DNA of 63,825 bases, the filler included, from Octopus bimaculoides (Eukaryota), in assembly GCF_001194135.2 (NCBI RefSeq). It is 6 parts of 6 records of this genome, joined end to end, with 100 filler letters (N's around TTAATTAATTAA, not from the genome) between each part and the next. Parts side by side here need not be neighbours in the genome. Positions count along the whole stretch, not along the records: positions 62,369 to 63,825 come from NW_026298778.1; 5 more parts are not named here. One strand, written 5' to 3'. Both the position numbers and the translations under genes were made by a program. Within the stretch, counting starts at the first letter, position 1. The number at the start of each line of letters is the position of its first letter. The notes below the pieces were generated by a model. It worked only from the letters and a program-made list of their open reading frames with translations. It did not search any database and had not been told where the DNA came from. Below, in pieces: positions 62,700-63,825 of the stretch.

Positions 62700-63825
62700 C
62701 CACGTCAAAACGGTAGAGGAGTAGGGGCCGATACCGGACGTGGTTCCTCCTGATGATGTCTTGAGCTAACTGGATCCTATAAAGGAGCTGTTGTGGTAGC
62801 AGACCACGAAACATGGTTGAAATTCTTCAGAGAAAGACTTGCTGACAATCCAGAATGAGGGATGACAAAGCGGAGAGACGCTTGACAGTACGACAGCGTA
62901 ACGAAGGATCAAATTGGTTTGCAGCCCGATCCGGGGTAAAATTGCAACAAAAAAGCATGGGAAATCATGCCCCCATGATCCCGGACCACGGGGGGAGAAT
63001 AAAGGATCAAATAGGGACGGAAAAAAACGAAAATGACTTGGACCGGAAATGGATAATGAGAAAGGATGCGGTAAAGGATTAGTAGACGAGGAATTCAGCT
63101 GCTGCGGAAAGGTGTTTGCTAGTTACATCGGGCTCAGAATCCACCAAGGGAAGGTATGTCAGAAGAAAGTAATTCAACAGCGCGGGTTGATGAACCGTAA
63201 GACGTGTGGCCAGAACCTCCGGGAAAATAACCATAGCGAGGGACATTCCACAGTTGAATTAGAACAGTCACAAACAGTGATAGGCGTGAAGAAGACAAAG
63301 ATTAATTGGCCGAAAGCTAATGACGCAGCGAGTTATAAAAAATTCGACAACGAGGTTTCAAGAATGACCACCAAATTCAAAGGCGACGACGAACAAAAGC
63401 TCGAGAACCTGGCTTATACAATCGTCCAGGAAAGAGAGAAAAGATTTGGACTGGAAACAACAGGGAAGGTAGAATCACCGGCAAAAAGCGGACCATCGAG
63501 GAGAGAAAGACGGATTGCAAAGATTCGAGAAGAGAAGAAAAAACTCAGAACCTGATGGAGGGATGCAAAGGAGGAGGAAAGAGAAGGGCTAAAGCAGCTA
63601 TATGAAGAAATAAAAAAGAGACATCGAGAACTACTGAGAAAAGAAAGAAGGAAGAACAGAAGAAAAGAGAGAGAAAAGAACTATCGTAGCTTTGTGAACA
63701 ATCCCTATCAATATGCGAAACATTTATTTACTGAAAGTAAAAGCGGAAATTTGGATTGCACGAAAGAAGAGCTCGAACATCTTAAAGAGACATACAGCGA
63801 CTCTGACAGAAATAAAGTACTCCCA
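62700..63825 (+). mobile_element. 5' portion of a HERO-like RLE retrotransposon, running off the window
   Basis: N-terminal C2HC-like finger CCGKVFASYIGLRIHQGKVC, KINWP...FD, RFG, SRRERRI, F.NNPYQYAK.LF..SKSG. One in-frame TGA (63553-63555) and a frameshift near 63780. Confidence 0.8.

Noticed and set aside
62697-62820. CTGATGA...CGAAAC in the HERO leader as a hammerhead, or an HDV-like ribozyme
   Set aside because: No stem I adjacent to both a cleavage triplet and the core could be built, and no clean HDV P1/P3/P1.1 was found by hand. A descriptor search would be needed.

Overview
AT-rich, microsatellite-dense animal DNA, most likely an octopus or other coleoid cephalopod (inferred from the SINE, RTE, Dong and Penelope repeat landscape). 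It is not one continuous locus: five identical 100-bp spacers (44 N + TTAATTAATTAA + 44 N) join six separately assembled pieces. Three partial spliced genes were reconstructed by hand from GT-AG sites and reading phase. (1) Histidine decarboxylase, minus strand, 8 exons, 21305-36172, 549 aa of the C-terminal part including a 20-nt microexon and the PLP-lysine exon; the 5' exons are missing. (2) A SAFB/SLTM-type RRM gene fragment, minus strand, 52087-54448. (3) A PARP14/9/15-like macro-domain gene fragment, plus strand, 55774-62159. The rest is simple repeats and decayed mobile DNA: Dong/R4-like and HERO-like RLE retrotransposons, RTE LINEs, Penelope RT and GIY-YIG remnants, two SINE families and a tandem Helitron pair. 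Nearly all supplied ORFs are microsatellite or N-gap artefacts. The most unusual signal is a small dispersed repeat (5 copies, 2 sequence subfamilies). It carries all three hammerhead-ribozyme core strands in a non-circularly permuted order (cleavage strand, then GAAA strand, then CUGAUGA strand), with compensatory base changes between copies and one copy (1255-1330, minus) with a fully intact core. Repeat boundaries are approximate and no database search or folding program was run.
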